From Octopus vulgaris (lineage: Eukaryota), in the NCBI GenBank assembly GCA_951406725.2, contig OX597831.1:12958001-13022000 (forward strand): a stretch of 64,000 nt of DNA, read 5' to 3'. The position numbers and the translations under genes were made by a program. This document shows, piece after piece, positions 40,780 through 55,534 of this stretch. The first letter of the stretch is position 1. The number at the start of each line of letters is the position of its first letter. The notes under the pieces were generated by a model, which did no database searches, was not told the origin of the DNA, and was given only the letters and a program-made list of their open reading frames with translations.

Positions 40780-42120
40780 CACTTTCACTACTTGAAATCT
40801 CCTCAAATGTGTGTCATTGGATTAATGAGAGGAGTTGATATCGCTGCCCTCATCTGCAGTTCTTGCCGTGAAGTAGGTTCATCCGGAACTCTTGAGAGGA
40901 GGAGATCCAGTTTTGTTTTGAAGACTCCTGCACCCACCTCATGTAGGTCTCTCAGGCTTTTTAGGAGGATGTCGATGAGTTGTAGGCCCTCGAAACCCCA
41001 GCTGTTGCAGTATCTGGCCTTGTATCCTGATGGCAATATTGGGATGTTTGGTACTATGTAGTGGTGTCCCGTTTTGATGCTTGTATTTTAATGCCAAAGT
41101 TTGGTACGGGTTTTTCTAGGATTTTTCAAAAGTTTATTATTGCCTTCTTCTTATCTTCTTAATCCTTTTTGCCCCTTGTGGAGCATACGGCCTCAACAGT
41201 TGTTTCCCACTTTTGCGGTCATTGGCGTGTTGCTTGGCTGCTTCCCACGTCAGGCCGGTGGTCCTGAGCTCGTCCAAAATGCTCCGCTTCCATGTCTGCT
41301 TCGGGCGTCCTCGCTTCCTTTTCGTCTGCGGGTTCCAGTCAAGTGCTTGTCGTGTCACTTTTCGCAGTACGTGTCCGATCCATCTCCATTTCCTTCGTCT
41401 CATCTGAATATGTATGGGCTCCTGGCTGGTCCCTTCCCGCAGGTCGGTGTTTGACACTCTGTCGAACCACTTCAGATGGAGGATCTGCTGGAGACATTTG
41501 TTGATGAAGGTCTGGATCTTGTAGTTTCTTCAGGTGGCTCTCCATGTTTCAGTGCCATATAAAAGCACAGATTTTACGTTTGAACTAAATAAGCGGATTT
41601 AGTTCGAGTTGAGATGGCAGTGGACTTCCATACCGGCCGAAGAATAGCGATGGCTTGCCATGCCTTCATGCTTCTTGCCGTGATGTCCCCGTCTGATCCA
41701 CCCGATTTGCTGATCTTGCTGCCTAGTTTTCCCAATTTCGTTCTAGGGAGCAGAATATCAACTTTTTCAGTTCACCCAATAGCTAACATGTCGCATTGAG
41801 ACGATCTTCTTTGTTTAGCTTCCATAAATTGTTTTGAGTTCCGTGGTTGATTTTACACTCTGTGGTGACCATAGGTACGAGCAGTATTCTAAACATCTGA
41901 ATACAAATGTGCCTCAGAGAACCATTATGGTTTCCTGTTTACTCGTTCTGAAAGATCTGATGACTCAGCCGACCAACCGGCCAGCCGGCCAGCCGTCTGC
42001 ATGTTATTGCCAGTTTAGTAATTCATACCTGGAAAGATGCATCATTACTCATGTTGATGCCCAGATTGTGCACTGGTTTTGAGTCAAGGATTGCAACTCC
42101 TTGGGGGCCAGCGTATCCTG
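40780..42120 (-). mobile_element. CR1/L2-group LINE 3' fragment interrupted by an RTE fragment
   Basis: LEYCSYLWSP near 41865-41893; RYCNSWGFEG...FKTKLDLLLSRVPDEP at 40803-41036. Confidence 0.65.
41135..41730 (-). mobile_element. RTE-like LINE 3' fragment
   Basis: RRRKWRWIGHVLRK...ALDWNPQ.KRKRGRPKQTWKR; NVKSVLLYGTETW upstream. Confidence 0.85.
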
Positions 42121-43256
42121 CCATGCTTAAAAAAGATTATTGCTCAACTGCAGCCCTTATGACGGCATCTGGATAGGGCTAGCAGTTAGATGTAGTGCGC
42201 AATACATCCGAAAATTTTCGTTTTGATGCAGGTTTTCCCGTTTGGGGTGTTTCTCTATCCTTTGGATGGAAGGCTTTATATTTTTATAAGATTGTCGTAG
42301 TATTGTTGACCTGCCTACAACTCCTAGACTATGATGTAAGAAAGAGGTTATGGTTTGTGTTTCAATATATGTTACAACATCTCGCATGTTGTAGCCTGGC
42401 AATCTAGTTACTGCTAAAATGTAAAATTTCTGTCGATTTTTACAGCCGTTTATATTATTGAATTTGACGTGGTAAATATACTAAGTGCACATGTCGAAAA
42501 TGTTGTTACATTAGTTTTCGTTGCTTTCAGCTAACGTATAGGAGTGTGTGTTTGTGTGTTTGTGTGTGTTTGTGTGCTATTGTGTGAAAGAAGAAAGCTG
42601 TTAAGCGCAATAGATGTCACGTAAAAATGTCAAGAAAATCTTGCGAATATATATATGTGTATATATGTTTTTCTATGATTGTAAATTCTGAAAAACGACG
42701 ATCTGCGGTATGGAAAGAAACCTGTACATTTCCAATGTGTTTTTACAAGCTGTCTCGAATAGAATTTATAAATAGAAAGATAGAAGTTGTGTTTATATAG
42801 CAATAAGTTATTGATGCAAGGCATTACATTTCTGTGACAGAAGAATTTTCCAAGACAGAATTAAATGCACGCCAAAAGAAAGTATATTTTATGGAAAGCA
42901 ATACATTCTTGACAAGTGTTATAACACGGTTTTATATAAGCTAACACCTAATTGAAACATTCACAAGACGGATAAAAAGCAAACAAAAAAAACGAAAAAT
43001 AGAAATAAAAAATAAAAATATAAAATACGTTTTATGTTTTATTGTCTTAATTCTTTCAGTCACTGGAGTGCGGCCTAGCTGGGGCAACGTTCTCAAGGTT
43101 TTAGTGGACAAAAATAGACCCCCCCCCCCAGTACGTAATTTTAATGTCTGGTAGTTAGTTTATCGGGGTTTCTTCCTAAATAGCTAAGATACGAGGATGT
43201 ATAATCAAACCAACATCGGTTGTCATGCGGTAGTGGACAAAAACATAACACACATA

Positions 43257-43363
<107 letters not shown>

Positions 43364-43927
43364 CATCTATGTGTGTATATGTTTGCGTGTCTGTGTTTGA
43401 AAACCGATGTCGGAGCGTTTACGTCCCCGTAACTTAGAGGTTTGGCAAAAGTGACCGATAGAATAAGTACTAGACTTACAAAGACTAAATGCTGTTGTCG
43501 ATTTGCTCGACTACAGGTTGTGCTCCAGCATAGCCGCTGTCAAATGACTGAAGCAGGTAAAAGAATACAAGAATATATATATATTCGCACAAATGTATCC
43601 AAAATATCTTCACACAGCTTGAATCACACTTTACTATGAACTACATATGGACAAACACATATTCTGTGAGTACGATACCTGTCATCAGGTCTCCAGGAAT
43701 CAAACTTTCTTCAATATGGATAAACTCACACCCTCACTTTCATCTTCACTTTCTGGAAAACTAAGAGGTTTTGAAAAATTTTTTTAAAAACCTAATATAT
43801 GACTGTGTAATACTAATAGAACTTTTAGAAACCAATTTGTTATCTAAATCTCATTTTTATAGAACTTTCCATGATGTTTCACGAGTGTAACATCACCCCC
43901 TTTGATGTTTGGGAATCTCAGATGTTT

Positions 43928-44016
43928 TTTCGGCTGATGAGTACGAGTCACCTATATTTACTACAATTTTTGTAGCCTTATTAAAGATGTCTTCGTACGA
44001 AACAATTGTACCGGAA
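43928..44016 (+). ncRNA. Type I hammerhead ribozyme, canonical core
   Basis: Stem I TTTCGG/CCGGAA; CTGATGA 43934-43940; stem II GTACGA/TCGTAC with long apical extension; GAAA 43999-44002; palindromic stem III ACAATTGT; predicted GUA cleavage after 44010. Confidence 0.85.
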
Positions 44017-44042
44017 TATTGATCCATTCTTGTCGCTTTTTT

Positions 44043-44092
<50 letters not shown>

Positions 44093-44984
44093 AGGGTCTT
44101 TCAGATGGTTTTCGTCGACCAAATTCACTCTGGCGGCTTTGGTCGACCCGGGTCTATAGTAGGCACCACTTGGCCAAGGTGTCACATAGTGGGATTGAAC
44201 CCAAAACTAGGCGGTTGCAAAGCGAGTTACTTAAGCACGCAACCGTGCCTGCTATATTTTTCTTTGTTTTACATCTTTTATCCTATTTTATAATTAACAG
44301 AATCGTTAGCTACAGATTACCAGCGAGCCAATCACAGCTTCCTTACAGACATAATGGTGAGAGTTGTGTGTAATTTGGGCAGAACGAAATATCACAAGGT
44401 GATATTTTATTCCACAAGCGTGTATTTATTGATTTTCAAACCGATGTTTAGATCACTCGTTGATATAAATAGAATTGAGTTTCACATATGTAATATAGAG
44501 GCTTTGAAAAACATCGTTAAAATGAAATTATCCAATTACAAAGGTAAAAACAAAAACAAAACCTCTCCTTTTATAGAGGGGGTTGTTTAAAATCTAAAAT
44601 CCAAAATAACAAGCAAATGAAATGTCTCAATTAATACTGCTGGACAAATCTATCTATCTATCTATCCATCCATCTATCTATCTACCCGTCTATCCATCTG
44701 TCTGTCTCTCTGTATGTTTAACTATCTATCTATCTATCTATCTATCTATCTCTGTGTGCATATGCATGTATTATATGCATATATGTCATATATATCATAC
44801 AAACACACATTTTTATATGCATACATATGCACAAGCAAACACACACGCACACACAGACAAGCAGACAGACAGATACACACATACATAAGATTACTGATGT
44901 TGAATTGTGGGAATTGTGTGTTGGAACAGATATTGTTATTTCTCTCTCTCTCCTCACACTCTCTCCAGATCATATATATATAAG

Positions 44985-45262
44985 GTTGTGAGTTCAATTC
45001 CCGATGACGCGTTTTGTCCTTGAGCAAGACACTTTATTTCACGTTGCTCCGGTCCACTCAGCTGGCAAAAATGAGTAGTACCCGTAATTCAAAAAAGGGG
45101 CCAGCCTTGTCACACTCTGTGTCACGCTGAATCTCCCCGAGAACTACGTTAAGGGTACACGTGTCTGTGGAGTGCTCAGCCACTCGCTCCGTTAATTTCA
45201 CGAGCAAGTCGTTCTGTTGATCGTATCAGCTGGGACCCTCGTCGTCGAAACCGACGGAGCGC
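44985..45262 (+). mobile_element. SINE family D, 5'-truncated
   Basis: Matches reverse complement of 1505-1812. Confidence 0.8.
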
Positions 45263-45493
45263 TTCTATCTTATATATATGTATACACAAACATACACACA
45301 TTCACACAAACACATACATGCATACATATATAATCCAACGCCACGCAGCCTTGTCCACAGTCAGATTTTGTTAATAAATTCTGCGACTCTACTTTCTGTT
45401 CCCTTTCTTTTTCCTTTGGTATTTTGTCCTGTACTTATCTCTCGTGTGTTTACGTATTTTTCACATCTTAGTGATATTCTGTACTTGATGTAT

Positions 45494-45571
<78 letters not shown>

Positions 45572-46194
45572 GGTGGGTGTGTATACATACATACATACAA
45601 TTAAGGCTAAATCATGAAAAATTAATGATTTTATCAGTGGCCAGCATATAATAAAAACCATATAGGCAAAATGAATATTTAGATATATAATTATATAGAT
45701 ATGATTATAATTAAGGGCACTGAAGAAAGAGTACCTGTATGCTAGAGATAGACACCAATTGAGTAGAAACCATTTTGAATTTGCAATCCATTAACTCAAG
45801 ACTGAATGTGAGGAAAATGGATAAAAAGATTTCGTAAAATTATTATAATCTTGAGATTTTTGGTTTAGTAATAAACGCTCTATATTCATCAGTTGGGTAT
45901 ATCGGACGTATATAAGTGAAAATACGTATACATACCCATACAAATACATCCGTATAAATACGAATACATACATATATTTACAAGTATATATGAAGCAAAA
46001 TCCTATTATCTGTCTCAACCACATACGCATTTGATTAGAATACCATAGTAAGTGTTATGACCAGAGTGAATATATATGCATGTATACATAATTAAGGATA
46101 GAATCATTAAAAATTGATGATTTTTATTAGTGACCAGCATATAATAAAAACCATATCGGTAAAATCAATATTTAGATATATAGTTATTCATTAT

Positions 46195-46429
46195 TTTATT
46201 CTTTATTTGTTTCAGTCATTTGACTGTGGCCATGCTGGAGCACCGCCATTAGTCGAGCAAATCGAACCCCGAGGAGTTATTCTTTGTAAGTCTAGTACTT
46301 ATTCTATCGGTTTCTTTTGTCGATCCGCTAAGTTACGGGGATGTAAACACACCACCATCGGTTGTCAAGCGATGCTGGGGTAACAAACACAGACACACAG
46401 ACGCACATACATGCATACATACATGCATG

Positions 46430-46493
<64 letters not shown>

Positions 46494-46643
46494 CGATGGG
46501 CTTCTTTCAGTTTTCGTATATCAAATCCACCCACAAGGCTTTGGTTGGCCTGTTGAGGTTATAGTAGAAGGCACTTACTCAAGGTGCCACGCAGTGGGAC
46601 TGAAATCGGAACTATGTAGTTGGTAAGCAAGCTACTTACCACA
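46195..46643 (-). mobile_element. SINE family B inserted in a duplicated unit
   Basis: Flanks rejoin to match 45599-45850. Confidence 0.75.
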
Positions 46644-46959
46644 GAGTCGGCACTGAAGGAACAGTACTCGATATGCTAGAGATAGACGTCAAACGACAAT
46701 AAACCACTTCGAATTTGCACTACATTAGCACAAGTTTGAATGCGAGGAAAACGGATAAAAAATTTCGTAAAATTCTTATGGTTAATCCTAAATCTTCAGT
46801 GACTCCATTCCACGTGTCTCCTGTCCTGTTTAGTTCATTCTGTCTTTCTGTGGTGTGTATCCTGGAGTGTCACTGAAGAGGTCGCAGGATGTGTGACAAA
46901 GGGTTTCCAGACAGTGGAGATTAAAATATGAACAATAATGAATCTGAAGTGAAGAACGA

Positions 46960-47091
<132 letters not shown>

Positions 47092-47756
47092 ATGTGTGTT
47101 TATTTATCAAAAACGCAAAAAAAAAGAAGCAACAAATGACTATCCCGAAATGTAACAACATTTGTTTCATCACACGGCTTCACATCAAGAATCTTTCAAA
47201 ACAAATTCATAAACGTAACAAAAGGGAAAATATTATAATTCTAGATAAATAGGAAGGGATGGTTACACTATGAAGACCTTCGATCCCAAATCTGTTCGAT
47301 GAATGTCATTAAATCAGACAGACATTTAATCGAACGTGCAGATCCATAATCAATGCAATTCCAACCGTGACCACTCCGATCTTTTTCCTATGTACAAAGA
47401 AGAACACAAGACTATATTTCTAATGCGCCTTTTTCTAAAACATTTGGAAACCAGTTGAGGTAGATTTAGTACTTTTGGTTGTTATTTCTAGCATATCGAA
47501 CAATCACGTAGAGGCTCGTTCTCCTTGAAAGTGGTTTATATTGTGTCTTCGAGATGTGTGGACGGAATAAGGGAGTGACGACGATGGGGGTAGTGTCTTG
47601 GTCGCAAGAGCATGTGCGCACGTATGCGCATATGTATATGAATATGTGCGTGTTTGCACGTCTGAATGAGCCTTTGTGTAAGCGTGCGACATATCTGTGT
47701 GTATGTGTGCCTGCGTTTGTAAATACACATACATCTGTATATGTGTTTTTACTTTT

Positions 47757-47795
<39 letters not shown>

Positions 47796-48281
47796 AAGAG
47801 AGTGAAAGAAAAGTAAGTGGAATGGCGTTGGTGAATCAACTAAAACCGTGCAACATTTCTCTGTTGATGACTGTAGCGATAACGCCATTTTGTCGAGGAA
47901 GCTTTTAACAATAGGGGAAGTAGTAAGAGGTGGACCCAATAACCGAGTAGTTTTGCTGTCAGATTTTGATGACGTAAGTTTGCTGTTGTCAACAGCAACA
48001 ACTTCACTTTACATCTAAGACATCAATTATGTGTGACATTGTGATCGTTTGGCATGGTAGAAACAACAACCAAATTTCCCTCGGGGGAAGTACTGCACCT
48101 GGATAATAGCCAGGGGAGTTGCTTCTTGATTGCCTTTGATAACCACTCAAAGCTGACCAGGGGCTAAACGATGGCTACAACAATTGACAATTGTATGAGA
48201 CAACAGAGTGTCGTGGACTCTGGTCATATATGTATATATATATATACACACACATACACAGAGAGAGACATACACACACGC

Positions 48282-48336
<55 letters not shown>

Positions 48337-48454
48337 TATATACATATATATATATATATTATATGTATATGTACATATGTATACACACATATATATATAT
48401 ACATACATATATATATATATATATAAACATACATATGTATGTACGTTTATATGC

Positions 48455-48501
<47 letters not shown>

Positions 48502-48990
48502 TATACGCACATATATATGGAAATATGTGTGCGCTTTTGTATGTAAGCACATGCTCATAGACACCCGCACACTCATAAACATATATATAACATAGTGAAG
48601 TAAAAAAAATCCTCAAAAATACATACAAAAATACCCTGCACGGCAGCGAAACGGCGAAGAAGTAAAACACATATATTGTGTATATATGTTCGATAAAGTT
48701 TACGACACTAGCGCTGCTTGTAATTCGTCATTGAATTTAGTCTTACGTATGCATCGTCGTGGCATACCAGGAAATTCTTCTGGTTGAGTTTGTGTCTTCT
48801 TTGAACTGTCGATACAAGCAGCCAAGTATGTGCATCCATTCACACAAGATTCTCACATGGACGATTTCTGGAATGTCTTACAAATCTTCATTGTGCCACT
48901 GATAGACTGGATTTGGAGAATGTATGTATGTATGCATGCATGTGTGTATGCATGCATGTGTGTATGTATGTATGAATGTATGTATGTATG

Positions 48991-49460
48991 GCATTATTCA
49001 GTTTATTTCAACGTTTCTTGCCAATAAAGAAAGAACCGGTTTCTAACCTAGATCCAAGTTTCTTTTATTGGAATTTCAACATAAAGAACAGGGTATTTTT
49101 GTGTGTGTGTATGTATGTATGTATGTATGTATGTATGTACAGATTTGTATGTTTCATGTATGTATCCTCATACATATAGTTGCATGACTATAGATGCTCA
49201 CATACATTTAAATGATAAACTTCTGGAAAGTTTTACAGATTTTTACAGTTCCACCCATGGATTGGATCTGTAGCCTTCGAATTTGCTTTCTCCTTTCTGG
49301 TTTTGAGAAGCTTAATTTCTCAAGACTGGTATTTAGGCAGTGTGCTACATATCCCAGGGCCCCAATAATTACAGGTATAAACATGTACATGTAATCTGGA
49401 TAGAGTAACTGCAGATTTCTCAATAGTCCAGCATAGATGTTCTCTTTTTCAATGATCTTC
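48991..49460 (-). mobile_element. 5'-truncated RLE-type LINE flanked on both sides by (CATA)n
   Basis: ORF 49208-49480 homologous to 55877-56167; 3'UTR GGATCTAGGTTAGAAACCGGTTC; (TATG)n at 48921-48990 and 49461-49547. Confidence 0.8.
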
Positions 49461-50233
49461 AGCTTTATGTTAACATCCACTGTATGTATGTATGTATGTA
49501 TGTATGTATGTATGTATGTATGTATGTATGTATGTATGTATGTATGTAGACACAGCGGTCATGTAATGTTCCCTATAAGCAGAAGCATTTGGGATAGAGG
49601 AAAATAAGTCATAGGAGCTCTTTGCATACTAAATAAGCATCCTGAAGTGCATCGAATACGTACGACAATGAATAAAAGGCAAAAGAGCTGGTAGAAAACT
49701 GGTAGGATTTTTAATTCTTTTTCACTCTTTACATTCCGCGTTCAAATCCCGCTGAGGTCAGCTTTGCTTCTTATTCTTTTCGGATCGATAAAATAACGTA
49801 TCAATCAACATTTATCAATTGCTTCCTTCCTCCAAACTTCGGACAAGATATTTTGCCGCATTTGTTCTGACTCTCTCCCTTCTGAGTTCAAAACCCGCCG
49901 AGGCCAACTTGACCTTTCACCATTTTTCTCTTTTTCGACTGGTGTAGCGATGAAATAAATACTAGTTGAGCATAGGATCGATGTAACATACCTATCTCCA
50001 CCCCCAAATTCTTTGGCCTTGTGTTAAAATTTGAAATTAGCATTATTGTTGTTGTTATTGTTGTAATTGTTGTTTTATTTACGTTGTTGTTGCTTTGGTC
50101 CATAGGAGCTTTTCTAAGTTTCACCCAGAAACCTCCGGTAACAGCAAGTTGGACGTTTTACTCAGGCTGTCATTTATGATTAACAACGATGTATTGTGAA
50201 GGAATCTCAGAACTAGGGTCATGAGTATCATCA

Positions 50234-50500
50234 AGGCGGCGAGCTGGCTGAATCGCTAACACCGCGGACAAAATGCTTAACGGTATTTCGCTTGTCGTTA
50301 CGTTGTGAGTTCAAATTCCGCCGAGGTTGACTTTGCCTTTCATCCTTTCGGGTCGATAAATTAAGTACCAGTTACGTACTGGGGTCGATGTAATCGATTT
50401 AATACCTATGTCTGTCCTTGTTTGTCCCCTCTATGTTTAGGCCCTTGTGGGTAATAAAGAAATAGGTATTCTGTCTGTCTCCACGGTCTGAGCTCAAATT
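50234..50500 (+). mobile_element. SINE family A with 183-nt reiteration
   Basis: GGTATT at 50282 and 50465. Confidence 0.8.
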
Positions 50501-51620
50501 CGTATACGATGGGCTGCCATACAGTTTCCGTTTATCATACTCACTCAGGAGGCATTGGTCGGCCCAGGGATTTAGTAGAAGGTACTTATCCAAGACTGGG
50601 CGCCCTAGAACTAAAACCGAAACCGCATGGTTCCAAAGCGAGTTTCTTATGGCGATTTGTTCGACGCTCTATTGTCAGGATGTGTCTCATACGCATTGAT
50701 TTTGAACACTTATATGATCCACCATGAGGAGCCTGTTTCGATCCCTCAGCATGACATCTTGAGCCAGTGACTTTACTCATAGTCTCGAATCTAAAGTGAC
50801 TTAGGTGAATGGAATTGGGGAGGAGGAAATCAAGTACTTGTAAATAAATCCACCAACCACATCGTGTATTTTATATCGCTGATTTGATGTTCGGGTCTTC
50901 GGAATACCCGGCCCAATAGCTCCACTTCATCGCTTAGTTTATCGAGAAGGTAGCTTCAAGTGAATGGATAAATTGATTTCGCATTCGAAACCGACGAAGA
51001 TCCATCCACCCATCCAGCCGTCCATCCATCCATCCACCCATCCATCCATACATCCATCCATACATCCATCCACCCATCCACCCATCCACCCATCTATGCA
51101 TCTGTTCATTCATCCATCATCATCATCACCAGCCTCAATATCATCATCATCGTCATCATCAATCTTACCACTACTACCTGTGCCATCGCAAACATCACCA
51201 TCACCACCACAATCCTCCTCCTCCTCCTCATCATCATCATCCCTACCACCACCACCACCACCACCACCGCCATCATCGCCATAATCGTCGTCGTCGTGGT
51301 GAACATCGCGCGTCGATTGTTGTAGGATTCTGGAGAATTTGCAAAGACAGATGCAAGACGCTGCGAATCTCTCTCTCTCTCTCTCAATGAAGCCATAAAT
51401 CTTGCAAGTGGTGCCGGGTGGAAGGCGGGTGGCGGGTGGCGGGTGGCGGGTGGCGGGGGGGGGGGCGATTAGCGAAATGTCTTCCTTTATCCACTCTGGT
51501 CACGTGACCGCTTTATCACGACGTGTACATACACGCTCCTGCCGTTATCTGACTTATTCCTGAATACGCCACCGAATACCCCACCCACGCAACTTGCGTG
51601 TGGACATGTGAATGTGTGCA

Positions 51621-51654
<34 letters not shown>

Positions 51655-52264
51655 TGTGAGGCTGTGCACATGTGCGCGCGTGTATGTGTACGTGTACGTG
51701 TGTGTGGTTGTGTACGTGTGTGTGTGTGTGTGTGGTTGTGTACATGTGTATGTGTGTGTGCATGTGTGTGTGTTTATGCTGTTGAAGCAAATGTATGCAT
51801 GTATGTATGTAATGTATGTGTGCATGTATGTATATGTGTGAGCGTGGGTCTATTTGCACGCGTGTGTGCATATGCATATATATATATATATGTGTGTGTG
51901 TTCGTGAGTGTGTGTGTGTGTGTATGTCTCATGTAACAAAATGTAATATATATCTCTATGTTTATATATACGTATCTCTATACATACCTATAGACATGCA
52001 TATATATATATATATATTTATGCATACATATATACATATTTATACATATATATTTATACATACATTTATACATACATTTATATATATTTATACATATATA
52101 TTTATACATACATATATATATATATATTTATACATACATACATATATATATATTTATACATACATACATATATATATATTTATACATACATATATATATA
52201 TATTTATACATACATATATATATATTTATACATACATAAATATATATTTATACACACATATACA

Positions 52265-52321
<57 letters not shown>

Positions 52322-52657
52322 TTGCAGACCTATATGTGCAATTGTAGGCGTGTATGTGTTTCTGTATCGATGTACGTAAGTGTATAAGCGTGCATGGATG
52401 TTTGTATGTGCGTGTGTGTATGCGTGTGTGAGTGTATGTGTGTATTTGTGCGCTTATGTGTTAGTGTATACAGGTATGTTTCTCTGTGTGTGTGTGTGTG
52501 TGTATTTCTATGTGTTGGGGTGAGCATGAGAAAGGCAGATATGCGTATACACTAGTAAATTGCTATGAAACACAGGTAAAAATACCACCACCACCACCAC
52601 CACCACCACCACCACCACCACCACCACCTCTACCACTAATGCTGCTGCTGCTGTTGT

Positions 52658-52699
<42 letters not shown>

Positions 52700-52725
52700 C
52701 TACCTGTGGTAGCAATCATGATGAA

Positions 52726-52757
<32 letters not shown>

Positions 52758-53109
52758 CGGTGTTATAGGTACTGTTATTCCTGCTGTCGTTTTTGGTGAA
52801 CACCACCACCACCACCACCAGCACCGCCACCACTTCAATAACAGCAACAGATAGCAGCAATAACAGGAACAAGATCAACAACAACAACCTTGTATTTACA
52901 TTTCCTTAGTGCTACGACAATTATTTCCACTCATACATCACAGCTGCCCCTGCTAATGCCAACCAACTCGTCTCACCACCACCACCACCACCACCACCAC
53001 CACCGATACTACTACTACTACTACTACTGCAGTCGTTACAACTAACTGCCACAATCATCACTACGTGCACCACGCCACCACTGGCACCACCTTCTCCGCC
53101 ACCTCCTCC

Positions 53110-53405
<296 letters not shown>

Positions 53406-53832
53406 CTCCTCACCTGACGCCCACCACTACCACGTAACGCTGCCAAGCTGACACGAAACACGAAGCAGTATTTCAAAAGATGGCGGTCGTGCAGCTGGTG
53501 TGTCTCATGGCGGCAGTCAGCGACTGACTCAGGCCAAACAAACAACAAAACAGAGCGAAAAGAAACAGGAAAGAAAAAGAAAATTGCAACGAACCAACAA
53601 ACAAACAATAAACAACGCATTTCAGAACGGTCTCTCTGTGTATATAAGTGTATATATATATAAGAAGAGCTTCGGGCTGATGCCTGCTGTCGGGGTGTAA
53701 TCCATCTTAACATATAAATAAATCACTAATGTTTACAATATGGCGGCGGATAATGATTTTTTTGTTTGTTTTGTGTTGATTTTGTCGTAAAGTCAGACAT
53801 TTTGGGAGTTAGGTCTGAGGAATTGGGTCTGC

Positions 53833-54212
53833 AGAGGCTCAATGGCCCAGTGGTTAGGGCAGCGGACTCACGGACGTAGGATCGCGGTTTAGATTCCCAG
53901 ACCGGGCGTTTTGAGTGTTTATTGACCGAAAACACCTAAAGCTTCACGAGGCTCCGGCAGGGGATGGTGGTGATCCCTGCTGTACTCTTTCACCACAGCT
54001 TTCCAGCACTCTTTCTTCCTGTTTCTGTTGTACCTGTATTTCAAAGGGGCCAGCCTTGTCACACTCTGTGTCACGCTGAATCTCTCCAAGAACTACGTTA
54101 AGGGTACACAAATCTGTGGAGTGCTTAGCCACTTGCACGTTAATTTCACGGGCAGGCTCTCCCGGTGATTGGATCAACTGGAACCCTCGTCGTCGAAACC
54201 GACGGAGTGTCA
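53833..54212 (+). mobile_element. SINE family C, full-length
   Basis: tRNA-like head to 3' end GTCGTCGAAACCGACGGAGTG. Confidence 0.85.
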
Positions 54213-55534
54213 CGATGTAGACGCTCTAATATAGACTCGAGGCCAGAAATAGTCTGTGTGTGTGTGCGTGTGTGTCAGTGTATATTACATACGTAGATGC
54301 ATTCCTGGATACATACATACATACATACATGCATGCGTGCATTGTATGTATGTATGTATGTATGTACGGGCGAGAACGTGAAAATACCTGGGTTGGTATC
54401 CAGGTCCGCAGTTGGTACAGTTGGATTGGGTGACCCCCTCTGTTGTTGTCACATCTCTCTAGGAGAGGGAAACTGTGAGAAAGCCTGACAGTATTCGATG
54501 ATGTAGATTAGTTCTTCCTTTCGAGTTTATTTTGTCCATATACATACATACATATGCATACACACATATACATACACACATGCATACATATACATGCACA
54601 CATATACATACATATACTTATACACACATATACATATATATACATATACATAAATATGCACACATATACATACATACATACATACAAACATTTATATAGA
54701 CACACACACAAACACACATACACTAACACACACATTTCACTTTAGCATTGCGAGGGAAATAATGTGGTGTAGGACTCAATATACACATGGTATGACAAAG
54801 GAAGAAATAAATAAAGGATTATCTCATGAATTCCATTGGCTTACATCTGTTTCTGCTATATGTTACGGTGGACACATAGTTGAGTGTGTAACTAAAAGGC
54901 TTCCATTTCCTGTACTGAAAGCTAGTAAACCGCGCCTAGTTTTCTTTATAGATATCCACTGCTTGAATATATGAATGTATGCTTGCTTTATAAGCTCAGC
55001 TGCTGTCGTTGGGTCAAAATGACCAGCCAAAGTGCAGATGAACTCAATAGAGTCAACGGCCAACAAACATCTGGCGTTGGGAGGACTCTATTCTTCGGTT
55101 GGACATTTCTGGAAGGAAATCTCTGATATCGAAACTGCAACCTCGATTGCACCTAATTATGAATATTTCTTCTTTTGGACAAAGCATACGTAGTTTAGAG
55201 AATGGAGGGGATTGGCCTCGTGCAGAGCCTTTCCTGATTTTAAAAAGCTTCAGGCTCAAGTACCGCTTGGTTTCTCGACATATTTATCAACATCGCTATG
55301 TACTGAGAATAACCGTAAATGGCAAAGCACTCAAAAGAAACCATGACAGACGGAAGACATGTGTCAGCGTGGGCTCGGTGAACATCTGCTGGATGCGGTA
55401 CTGTCTACGCAAAAGAGTGTAGATGCCTGGCAGGATTGAAAAACACATCCGCACTGTTCATATTTAAGAGAACAAGCAATAGCATTGCTCGAAATAGAAT
55501 TACAGTCATCGTGTTTGTATTTTTTCGTATGTTT

